A DNA stretch of 32,000 nt from Desulfurobacterium pacificum. GTDB lineage: Bacteria > Aquificota > Aquificia > Desulfurobacteriales > Desulfurobacteriaceae. Location of the stretch: positions 34,906 through 66,905 of the forward strand of contig NZ_FXUB01000005.1 in assembly GCF_900182835.1 (NCBI RefSeq), in the 5' to 3' direction. A program made the position numbers and the translations under genes. Each line of letters starts with the position of its first letter. Positions within the stretch are counted from its first letter, which is position 1. Shown here piece after piece: positions 1 to 7,670 of the stretch. The notes below the pieces were generated by a model, which saw nothing but the letters and a program-made list of their open reading frames with translations, was not told the DNA's origin and did not search any database.

Positions 1-41
1 ACTTTAAGAGACGCTTTAAATAGAAATTAAAGGAGGCTAAC

Positions 42-590
42 TTGAAAAAGTCAATTTTAACGCTATCAGTTTTGCTAACACTTTCCTCTCTATCTTATGC
101 CAAAGAACCCACAAAAGTTGTTGCAGAGGTAAACGGCATAAAAATTACTGAACAGCAACTTGAAGAAGCCTTAAAAAGCGTTCCTCCAAATATGAAGAAC
201 GTACCAAATTTAAAAGGGATGGTTTTAGACAATCTCATTAAAGAGGACCTGCTTTACTCAGAAGCGTTAAAAGAAAACCTTGAAAACGACCCCGAAGTTA
301 AAAAGGCACTCGCAGCAGCAAAGAAGAGGATACTGATACTTTACTTACTTAAAAAACACGTTAAGCCTCCCAAAGTGGAAATTAGCGATGCTGAAGTCAA
401 AGCCTTTTACGAAAAGAACAAAAAAGTTTTCAGCATGAACGGAAAACCGATTGACTTCAATTCCCTAAAACCAAGACTAAAAGAAGTACTATTAGAAAAC
501 AAACGTAAGGAAGCTTACATAAAAAGCTTAAACGAGTACATCAAAAAGCTAAAAACCTCAAGCAAGGTAAAAGTATTTACCAACAAGTAA
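42..590 (+). CDS. Periplasmic SurA N-terminal-domain chaperone-like protein (no PPIase domain)
   Basis: TTG start preceded by AAAGGAGG (29-36). Signal peptide MKKSILTLSVLLTLSSLSYA. The opening VVAEVNGIKITEQQLEEAL is typical of SurA_N/PpiD-type chaperones. The rest is K/E-rich and helical, with no parvulin domain. Confidence 0.6.
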   Translation: MKKSILTLSVLLTLSSLSYAKEPTKVVAEVNGIKITEQQLEEALKSVPPNMKNVPNLKGMVLDNLIKEDLLYSEALKENLENDPEVKKALAAAKKRILILYLLKKHVKPPKVEISDAEVKAFYEKNKKVFSMNGKPIDFNSLKPRLKEVLLENKRKEAYIKSLNEYIKKLKTSSKVKVFTNK

Positions 591-613
591 GACGCTTACG
601 GAGGAGTTAGGTT

Positions 614-1468
614 ATGAGTAGGAACCTGGTAATATTTCTTATCTCCATATTCATTTTCTCTATGCCTGCCACTGCCAAAATTGTAGATTACATAGCTGCC
701 ATCGTTAACGGAGAACCTGTACTTTATAGTGAAATAGTAAAGTTCGCCAAAGAAAACGGAATAGATGACCTTGAAAAAGCAAGAGATAAGGTAATAGAAA
801 GAAAAATCCTCCTCACCCAAGCCCAATCCGAAGGACTAAAAGTAACAGACAAAGAACTCAACGCAGCTTTAGAAGACTTAGCAAAAAGAAGTGGTGCGAA
901 GAACATCGCTGAATTTAAAAAGATGCTCCAATCTCAAGGAATATCCTTTGAAGACCTTAAGGAAAATTTGAAAGAACAACTACTAATAGCAAAGCTAATT
1001 GCAAGAGACGTTAAATCCAAAATCAATGTATCCGATGTAGAAATCCAGAAAATATGCAGCAGTTTAAAATCCCACCCCGTAAGAACCGTTTACTACATAT
1101 ATACTAAGAGTAAAGAAAAAGCCCAAAAGGCACTTGAACTCTTAAAACAAGGAGTTCCATTTGAAAAAGTAGCCAAAGAGCTATCAGAGGACCCTACAAC
1201 AGCCCAAAATGGCGGATACGTAGGAAAGGTAACGAAGGGTTCGTTAATTAAACCTCTTGACATAGCCGTATGGTCAACAAAACCTGGAACTTACAAGTTA
1301 GTAGAAACGAAAAACGGCTACTACATTGTCTTCGTTAAATCGCAAGAAACGCCATCCTGCAACGAAGAGGAAATTAGAAGACGTCTTTTCGTCCAAAAGT
1401 TCCAGAAAGCGCTCAAAGATTACATAGACAACCTGAAAAGAACCGCAAGCGTTAAGGTTTACATGTAG
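614..1468 (+). CDS. Peptidyl-prolyl cis-trans isomerase, SurA-like (SurA_N + parvulin/PpiC domain)
   Basis: GGAGG RBS at 600-604. Signal peptide. SurA_N-like IVDYIAAIVNGEPVLYSEI. C-terminal parvulin-like segment GGYVGKVTKGSLIKPLDIAVWSTKPGTYKLVETKNGYYIVFVKS. Confidence 0.75.
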   Translation: MSRNLVIFLISIFIFSMPATAKIVDYIAAIVNGEPVLYSEIVKFAKENGIDDLEKARDKVIERKILLTQAQSEGLKVTDKELNAALEDLAKRSGAKNIAEFKKMLQSQGISFEDLKENLKEQLLIAKLIARDVKSKINVSDVEIQKICSSLKSHPVRTVYYIYTKSKEKAQKALELLKQGVPFEKVAKELSEDPTTAQNGGYVGKVTKGSLIKPLDIAVWSTKPGTYKLVETKNGYYIVFVKSQETPSCNEEEIRRRLFVQKFQKALKDYIDNLKRTASVKVYM

Positions 1469-1484
1469 GTCAGGAGGAAGTCTA

Positions 1485-2126
1485 TTGGTTACCGTAAAAC
1501 TCAAACCAATAGAAGAAATAGTAAAGTATGTGAACAAAGAGTGGAATATCGGAATTGTTGGTTGCGAAATCGGTTCATCAAGGTGTAAAAACGGCGGGCT
1601 AAAGGAAGCCAAGGAGTTAGCAGAAGCTTTGGCAGTAAACGGCTATGCAGTGAGTCTTATAGCTTCGCCAGGCGGAACGTGCATATTAGAAAGACTCAAA
1701 AGGAACGTTCTACAAAATATAGAAAGCAAATGCGATGTAGTAATCTCTTTAGCCTGCGGCGCAGGAACGCAGGTATTGGCAGAAAACCTTGACATTCCAG
1801 TAATAACAGGCGTTGATACCCTCTTCATCGGAGCAGAAGTAGATAGCCATACCTTTAAAGAGTACTGCATTGCCTGCGGCGATTGTATGATTTCTTCAAC
1901 CGGGGGTATATGTCCAGTAGCAAGATGTCCAAAATCGCTCCTGAACGGTCCGTGCGGAGGAGCAATTGATGGAAAATGTGAAGTAAACCCTTCTATGCCG
2001 TGTATCTGGTACACCATTGAGAAGAAAATGGAAGAGTTGGAAACTATTACAAGCCTCAAGTTACCAAAACCTCCTGCTGATTACTCCAAATCTGTTTATC
2101 CGCGAGAACTGAAGGTGGAGGACTGA
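1485..2126 (+). CDS. metV: Methylene-THF reductase-associated Cys-rich subunit (MetV-type, MTHFR C-terminal domain)
   Basis: TTG start with AGGAGG at 1472-1477. Cys-rich C-terminal half CIACGDCMISSTGGICPVARCPKSLLNGPCGGAIDGKCEV...PCIW matches my recollection of the MTHFR_C/MetV domain. It ends 1 nt before metF. Confidence 0.7.
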   Translation: MVTVKLKPIEEIVKYVNKEWNIGIVGCEIGSSRCKNGGLKEAKELAEALAVNGYAVSLIASPGGTCILERLKRNVLQNIESKCDVVISLACGAGTQVLAENLDIPVITGVDTLFIGAEVDSHTFKEYCIACGDCMISSTGGICPVARCPKSLLNGPCGGAIDGKCEVNPSMPCIWYTIEKKMEELETITSLKLPKPPADYSKSVYPRELKVED

Positions 2127-2127
2127 A

Positions 2128-3006
2128 TTGACTCTGCGCGAAAAACTCGACAGCAACACGTTCATCATAACTGCTGAAATAGCACCTCCAAGAGGGATTA
2201 ACTGGGAAAAAACGATAAAAGAGATTGAACCCCTCCGCGATAAGGTTGATGCCTTTAATGTAACAGATTGTCAACGTTCAATGCTCAGAATGTCCTCAAT
2301 AGCAATGTCAAAAATACTGTTGGACAATGGATTTGACCCCATCCTTCAAATAACCTGTAGAGATAGAAACAGAATCGCCCTGCAATCAGAACTTTTAGGA
2401 GCAGCTGCTTTTGGCATTCAAAACGTTTGTTTAATGACAGGGGACTTCACCACTTTAGGAGATGTACCGCAGGCAAAACCGGTCTTTGATGTAGACTCCG
2501 TTCAGCTAATAAAAAGCGTTAGCGACATGAACAAAGGAAAACTTATCAACGGAAAAGATTTAGATAAACCTACTTCTTTTACCATAGGTGCGGTTTACAA
2601 CCCTTTCGCAGGTCCTCCAAAACTCCAAGTATGGAAATTGGAAAAAAAGATAAGAGCTGGAGCAACGTTCATACAGACGCAACCTGTTTACGATGTAAAA
2701 AAGGCAAAAGAGGTAACAGAAATAATCAGGGATTTAGGAGGAAAAGCCATAATTGGACTACTGCCTATCAGAAGCGTCAAGATGGCTAACTTTATAGAGA
2801 AGTTAAATCCAGGTTCTGTCCCAGAAAACCTAAAAAAAGCGATAGAAAACGCTGAAAAGCCTGCAGAATATGGATGGAAATATACAATTGAATTAGCAAA
2901 AGCGATATCGGAGTTTGCCGACGGTGTTCATTTCATGCTGGTAGGAAAGGTAAAAGAGTTGGCAGATTTCATAACTTACTTGAGGAATAACCATAGGAGA
3001 CTATGA
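2128..3006 (+). CDS. metF: 5,10-methylenetetrahydrofolate reductase
   Basis: TTG start with a GGTGGAGGA RBS. Family hallmarks: ITAEIAPPRG, FNVTDCQRSMLRMSS, ITCRDRNRIALQSELLGAAAFGIQNVCLMTGD, FIQTQPVYD. Confidence 0.85.
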   Translation: MTLREKLDSNTFIITAEIAPPRGINWEKTIKEIEPLRDKVDAFNVTDCQRSMLRMSSIAMSKILLDNGFDPILQITCRDRNRIALQSELLGAAAFGIQNVCLMTGDFTTLGDVPQAKPVFDVDSVQLIKSVSDMNKGKLINGKDLDKPTSFTIGAVYNPFAGPPKLQVWKLEKKIRAGATFIQTQPVYDVKKAKEVTEIIRDLGGKAIIGLLPIRSVKMANFIEKLNPGSVPENLKKAIENAEKPAEYGWKYTIELAKAISEFADGVHFMLVGKVKELADFITYLRNNHRRL

Positions 3007-3696
3007 ATGAAAGGTAAACTCCCCGTTCATGTAGGAATAATAATGGACGGCAACGGTAGGTGGGCTACAAAGAGAGGACTACCGCGGATAGAAGGGCACC
3101 GAAAAGGAGCAGAAGTTACAGAAAAGATAGTAAAAGCTGCAAGCAATTTAGGTATAAAATACCTTTCCCTATACGCCTTCTCTACAGAAAACTGGAAAAG
3201 ACCAAAGGAAGAGGTAGAGTTTCTTTTTAACCTAATGTATGAATACATCAACTCTCGCCTTTCTCTATTCTTAGAAAATAACGTAAAGTTCAAAACTATA
3301 GGAAGACTTTGGGAACTTCCCCAATACCTTCAGGAAGGATTCAAATCCATAGAAGAGAAAACCGGTCATTGTACGGGAATGACTGCCGTTTTTGCAGTTA
3401 ACTACGGAGGAAGACAGGAAATAATAGACGCAGTAAACAGATTAATCAAAGATGGAGTTCAAAACGTTACGCCGGAAGTTCTCCAAAAATACGTATATAT
3501 GCCGGAGCTACCCGATGTTGACCTGATAATAAGGACAAGCGGCGAAATGAGAATTTCCAACTTTCTACTCTGGCAATCGGCTTACGCTGAATTGTGGTTT
3601 ACAAAAACGCTATGGCCCGATTTTACAGAAGAGGAGTTCTTAGAAGCAATTGAAGATTTTAAAAGGAGAGACAGAAAGTTCGGCGGAATAAAATGA
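3007..3696 (+). CDS. uppS: Isoprenyl transferase (undecaprenyl diphosphate synthase)
   Basis: HVGIIMDGNGRWA, SLYAFSTENWKRP and LIIRTSGEMRISNFLLWQSAYAELWF are canonical cis-prenyltransferase motifs. The ATG abuts the metF stop (TGAATG). Confidence 0.95.
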   Translation: MKGKLPVHVGIIMDGNGRWATKRGLPRIEGHRKGAEVTEKIVKAASNLGIKYLSLYAFSTENWKRPKEEVEFLFNLMYEYINSRLSLFLENNVKFKTIGRLWELPQYLQEGFKSIEEKTGHCTGMTAVFAVNYGGRQEIIDAVNRLIKDGVQNVTPEVLQKYVYMPELPDVDLIIRTSGEMRISNFLLWQSAYAELWFTKTLWPDFTEEEFLEAIEDFKRRDRKFGGIK

Positions 3697-4448
3697 AAGA
3701 AAGACTTTTAGGTTCTCTTTTAGTTATCGTTTATGCGTTGCTTTTATACTTTTCATCAAAAGAGATTTACCAGATACTCGTTTACCTGTTAGGATTTGCC
3801 TGCGTTAGCGAGTCTTTAAAAATTAGTGGAAGTTTAGGAGAAGAAAAGTATTTCTTTGGACTAATTCTGTTTTCTCTACTCTACTCCATAGGAGTAAACT
3901 TCCCACATCTCCTACCTGTATTCCCCGTTACTGCAGTCCTTTTTCTTTTTGCAACAGAACTTATAGATGAAAAGGAAATATCCAAAAACTTTTTTGCCGT
4001 AGCCTTAATGTTCCTCTACATACTTATAGGTATAACCTCCATCGGATGTCTCAATAAAAAGTTTTTCCTGCTTTTACTTTCACTTGTATGGGCAACAGAT
4101 ACATTTGCCTACCTAACGGGAAAGTTCTTCGGAAAAAGGAAACTAATACCTGCTGTAAGTCCCAAAAAGACGGTGGAAGGAGCAATAGGCGGAACGTTGG
4201 GTGGCGCAATCACAACAGTATTAATAGCAAAACTTTTAGGTATCCCTTTAAGCTATTTACAGATACTTATAGTTCTGTTTTTAACAATAATTGCCCAATT
4301 AGGAGACCTGTTTGAAAGTTTCTACAAGAGAACCTTTGGAGTGAAAGATTCGGGTAAGATTCTCCCTGGTCACGGCGGGGTTTTAGATAGACTTGACAGT
4401 AGTTTGGCAGTTGCACCCTTTCTCTTTTTAATAGGAGGTGGAGCGTGA
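3693..4448 (+). CDS. cdsA: Phosphatidate cytidylyltransferase
   Basis: Polytopic membrane protein with SPKKTVEG and GDLFESFYKRTFGVKDSGKILPGHGGVLDRLDS (CTP-transferase signature). Classic uppS-cdsA adjacency, with a 4-nt overlap with uppS. Confidence 0.9.
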   Translation: MKERLLGSLLVIVYALLLYFSSKEIYQILVYLLGFACVSESLKISGSLGEEKYFFGLILFSLLYSIGVNFPHLLPVFPVTAVLFLFATELIDEKEISKNFFAVALMFLYILIGITSIGCLNKKFFLLLLSLVWATDTFAYLTGKFFGKRKLIPAVSPKKTVEGAIGGTLGGAITTVLIAKLLGIPLSYLQILIVLFLTIIAQLGDLFESFYKRTFGVKDSGKILPGHGGVLDRLDSSLAVAPFLFLIGGGA

Positions 4449-5431
4449 AAATAGAAATTGGACACGGTTCTGGAGGTAAACTAACCAGAGAACTGATAGA
4501 AAAGGTGTTCTTAAAACATTTTGACTTTCCAGAACTTAAATCTCTTCAAGATGCAACAATTCTATCTGCAGAAAGTGAAAAAATCGGTATCACTACAGAT
4601 TCTTACGTAATTCGCCCCCTGTTCTTTCCGGGAGGAAACATAGGGAAACTCAGCGTTTGTGGAACGATAAACGACTTAACTGTTTCAGGTAATATACCCC
4701 TCTATATTTCTGTCGGTTTCATAATTGAGGAAGGTACAGAGTTTGAAACGCTTGAAAATATAGTCAAAGCTATGGCAGAAACCGCTGCGAAGAGTAACGT
4801 AAAGATTGTCGCAGGCGATACAAAAGTAGTAGAAAAGGGGAAGTGTGACGGCGTTTACATAAACACAACCGGAGTAGGAAAGAACGTAAGAACCTTAACA
4901 CCTTTAAACGCACAGGAAGGAGACGTCATAATAGTTACAGGATTTATTGGCGACCACGGTATAGCCATCTCTCTATCAAGAGAAGAATTCGATATAGAAA
5001 CGGCGGTTTTAAGCGACTGCGCTCCGTTAAATAGCCTTCTCACTCCACTATTTGAAATCCCAACGCTTCGCTGGATGAGAGACCCTACAAGAGGAGGACT
5101 TGCAACCGTTTTAATTGAGTTTTCTGAAAGTAGTGGCTTAGGAGTAAAACTTTATGAAGAGAAAATTCCTATAAGGGAAGAAGTAAGGTTCATATGCGAT
5201 ATGTTGGGATACGACCCTCTTTACCTTGCTAACGAAGGCAAAGCCGTAATAGTTATAGGAAAGGAGGATGCAGAAAAAGCGCTTGAAATACTTAAATCCC
5301 ACGAGTTAGGGAAAAACGCAGAAATAGTTGGAGAAGTTACAGGAGACAAAAAAGTTCAATTGATTACATCCATAGGTGGAGTTCGTCATTTAGAACTGTT
5401 AGAAGAAGACCCTCTACCGAGGATTTGCTAA
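4445..5431 (+). CDS. hypE: [NiFe]-hydrogenase maturation protein HypE (carbamoyl dehydratase)
   Basis: GTG start overlapping the cdsA stop. N-terminal GHGSGG, a PurM/AIR-synthase-like body, and the diagnostic C-terminal PRIC motif as the last four residues. Confidence 0.95.
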   Translation: MKIEIGHGSGGKLTRELIEKVFLKHFDFPELKSLQDATILSAESEKIGITTDSYVIRPLFFPGGNIGKLSVCGTINDLTVSGNIPLYISVGFIIEEGTEFETLENIVKAMAETAAKSNVKIVAGDTKVVEKGKCDGVYINTTGVGKNVRTLTPLNAQEGDVIIVTGFIGDHGIAISLSREEFDIETAVLSDCAPLNSLLTPLFEIPTLRWMRDPTRGGLATVLIEFSESSGLGVKLYEEKIPIREEVRFICDMLGYDPLYLANEGKAVIVIGKEDAEKALEILKSHELGKNAEIVGEVTGDKKVQLITSIGGVRHLELLEEDPLPRIC

Positions 5432-6198
5432 TGGAACACTACGTGAAGATAGTTGTTGTATCTTACCTAATGATTTTAGCAGTAGCTTACTTTGACAGGA
5501 AATTCAACGTTGGGTTCTGGAAGGAGATTCTGCGTTCTTCTGTACTTTCACTTTTACAACTTGTAGCAGTGGGATTTATCATTCTATTCCTGTTAAAGTT
5601 AAAACTGAACTACGTTAACTTTGCGATAGTTTTACTCTTTTTCGTAAACGCTTCTATAATCTCAACTAAGCGTTTTGAGTTTAAGGGGTATCCGCGGAAG
5701 TGGGGATTTTTTATAACGTTTATGTCAATATCCACAATGTCAATAGTATCTTTAACGCTTTTGTATATGTCTGGTATCCTCCACTTTAAAGCTAACAGCC
5801 TTATACCGTTAGCTGGTATAGTAACTGCCGCAGGAATGAGAAGCTTATCCTTAGGATACAAATACCTAAAAACAAAACTCCGAGATTTAGAAGACATAAT
5901 ACTGGGAATGGCTGCCCTCGGGGCTTCTAACGTCCAGATATTCCATTTTATTTTTAAAGAACTGATAAACGATATAACCGTTCCAGTAAGAGACATGTTG
6001 CGGTCAGCAGGTATAGTCCATATACCTGGTGTTATGGTTGGTTTACTGTTAGCCGGCATCATTCCCATTAAAGCAGCTTTGGTTCAGTTTGCTGTACTAT
6101 CAACCATGGTATTCCAGTTTACGTTCGTTCCCGCAATAGCCCTATTCACCTTAATAGAAAAGTTTGGAATAAAAATAGAAAGCGGAGGAGCACATTGA
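5431..6198 (+). CDS. UPF0014/FetB(YbbM)-like ABC-type permease (putative iron export permease)
   Basis: Blocks colinear with E. coli FetB as I remember it: LLQLVAVGFIILF, IPLAGIVTAAGMRSLSLGYKYL, LGAS...VPVRDMLRSAGIVHIPGVMVGLLLAGIIPIKAALVQ. I prefer the ATG at 5431 (TAATG overlap with the hypE stop, GAGGA 7 nt upstream). The ORF track begins at TTG 5425. Confidence 0.7.
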   Translation: MEHYVKIVVVSYLMILAVAYFDRKFNVGFWKEILRSSVLSLLQLVAVGFIILFLLKLKLNYVNFAIVLLFFVNASIISTKRFEFKGYPRKWGFFITFMSISTMSIVSLTLLYMSGILHFKANSLIPLAGIVTAAGMRSLSLGYKYLKTKLRDLEDIILGMAALGASNVQIFHFIFKELINDITVPVRDMLRSAGIVHIPGVMVGLLLAGIIPIKAALVQFAVLSTMVFQFTFVPAIALFTLIEKFGIKIESGGAH

Positions 6199-7244
6199 GA
6201 AAAGAGAAAGTAAAAGAGTTAGTTAAATTAATTCATGAAATCAACCCTAAAGATAGAAAGATAAAAATTATGAACGTATGCGGTTCTCATGAACATACGA
6301 TAACTTATAGTGGAATGAGAAGTTTAATGCCTGAAAACATTGAATTGGTTCCCGGACCAGGATGTCCAGTATGTGTATGTTCAGAAAGCGACATCATAAA
6401 CGCTATAAGACTTTCACAAAGAGATGACACAATTTTGGTAACCTATGGCGATATGCTAAGGGTTCCCACAAAAGAAGGTTCCATACGGACCAGCGGGAAA
6501 AACTATAAGATGATATCAGCTCCACACGAAGTACTAAAAATAGCCAAAGAAAATCCTGATAAAAACGTGGTTTTCTTCTCCATAGGTTTTGAAACTACAA
6601 CAGCTCCTACAGCTGCACTGATAGAGATGGGACTACCAGAAAACGTAACGATACTTACATCTCAAAAGCTTACACCGGAAATCATGGAAATTTTAGTAAA
6701 AGACGAAGAAGTAGGAGTTGATGCATTCGTTGCTCCAGGGCACGTTTCTGCAATAGTAGGTGCGAACGCTTGGAGAGTTTTTCCAGAAAAGTATGGAATT
6801 CCTACAGTAGTTGCTGGTTTTGAACCAGATAACCTTCTTTTAGCAATATTGAGAATCCTGTACCAAATAAGAGAAGGAAAAAGCGAACTTGAAAACGTTT
6901 ACAGAGGAGTGGTAAGACCGGAGGGGAACGTTAAAGCCCAAAAGCTGATGTATAAATATTTTGAAAAGGCTGATGTAAACTGGAGAGGCATCGGATTAAT
7001 ACCCAAATCTGGTCTTGAATTCCGAGAAGAATACAACCATATAAACGCTAAAAAAGTATTCAACCTTCCAGAGATAGAAGAGGAAAAAGTTAAAGGATGT
7101 ATCTGTGACAAAATAGTTTTAGGTAAAGCTTATCCCAATGAGTGCAAATTGTTTGGAAAAGCATGCACTCCTTCAAACCCCAAAGGACCCTGTATGGTAT
7201 CAATGGAAGGAGCTTGCAACATATGGTACAGGTTCGGGAAATAA
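6195..7244 (+). CDS. hypD: [NiFe]-hydrogenase maturation protein HypD
   Basis: CGSHEHT, GPGCPVCV and GFETT motifs, plus a C-terminal Cys cluster (CICDK...C...C...GPCMVSMEGAC). The TTG start overlaps the stop of the preceding permease. Confidence 0.95.
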   Translation: MRKEKVKELVKLIHEINPKDRKIKIMNVCGSHEHTITYSGMRSLMPENIELVPGPGCPVCVCSESDIINAIRLSQRDDTILVTYGDMLRVPTKEGSIRTSGKNYKMISAPHEVLKIAKENPDKNVVFFSIGFETTTAPTAALIEMGLPENVTILTSQKLTPEIMEILVKDEEVGVDAFVAPGHVSAIVGANAWRVFPEKYGIPTVVAGFEPDNLLLAILRILYQIREGKSELENVYRGVVRPEGNVKAQKLMYKYFEKADVNWRGIGLIPKSGLEFREEYNHINAKKVFNLPEIEEEKVKGCICDKIVLGKAYPNECKLFGKACTPSNPKGPCMVSMEGACNIWYRFGK

Positions 7245-7256
7245 CTCCCGAACCTG
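7229..7256. terminator. Perfect 11-bp stem / 6-nt loop hairpin between convergent hypD and the 117-aa membrane protein gene
   Basis: CAGGTTCGGGA (7229-7239), loop AATAAC, TCCCGAACCTG (7246-7256). The loop contains the hypD TAA stop. There is no clear U-tract on either strand, so terminator function is uncertain. Confidence 0.4.
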
Positions 7257-7262
7257 TAAAAT

Positions 7263-7616
7263 TTAAAACCAGGTATAAGGGTCAATTTCTTTCTGGTCGT
7301 TTAATGCAAGCCATCCTTTTATAGTTCTGTACAAGAACCACACAATGTCAGCAAGAATTACAATAACGCCCACAAAAATAAAAGACAAGATAAAGCCCAC
7401 TATTCCAACTATTAAAGATATCCAGAAAGTCCTTATCTGATACTCAAAATGAGATTCCACCCACGTCCCAGTAGCATCCTTCTTCTTCAGGTAAGCGATA
7501 ATAACACCTGCAATAGAAGTTAATCCTATCACCAGACTGAGGACGTAAAGAATGTAAACTATGAGTGCATATTTTTTAAGTTCCTCTACTCTAACATCTT
7601 TTTCAACACCCTCCAT
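7263..7616 (-). CDS. Small integral membrane protein (resembles COG3671/DUF4870-type)
   Basis: Three predicted TM helices. The conserved-looking segment AYLKKKDATGTWVESHFEYQIRTFWISL is recalled from that family. GGAGGGG RBS upstream of the ATG. Confidence 0.55.
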   Translation of the reverse strand: MEGVEKDVRVEELKKYALIVYILYVLSLVIGLTSIAGVIIAYLKKKDATGTWVESHFEYQIRTFWISLIVGIVGFILSFIFVGVIVILADIVWFLYRTIKGWLALNDQKEIDPYTWF

Positions 7617-7670
7617 CTGCCCCTCCTAATAAGTTTTTCTTATTCTATCACAAAAAACGCTCATAAGACT

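Noticed and set aside
596-2274. Antisense or alternate-frame ORFs: 596-826, 724-906, 1298-1612, 1643-2059, 2056-2274
   Set aside because: All are fully nested opposite or within well-supported genes (parvulin, metV, metF). They lack RBSs and domain signatures and have odd composition.
3027-7324. Nested ORFs: 3027-3293(-), 4088-4315(+), 4855-5043(-), 5610-6068(-), 6899-7111(-), 7142-7324(+)
   Set aside because: They overlap uppS, cdsA, hypE, the permease and hypD, whose frames carry diagnostic motifs. The nested products are basic or low in complexity, with no support.
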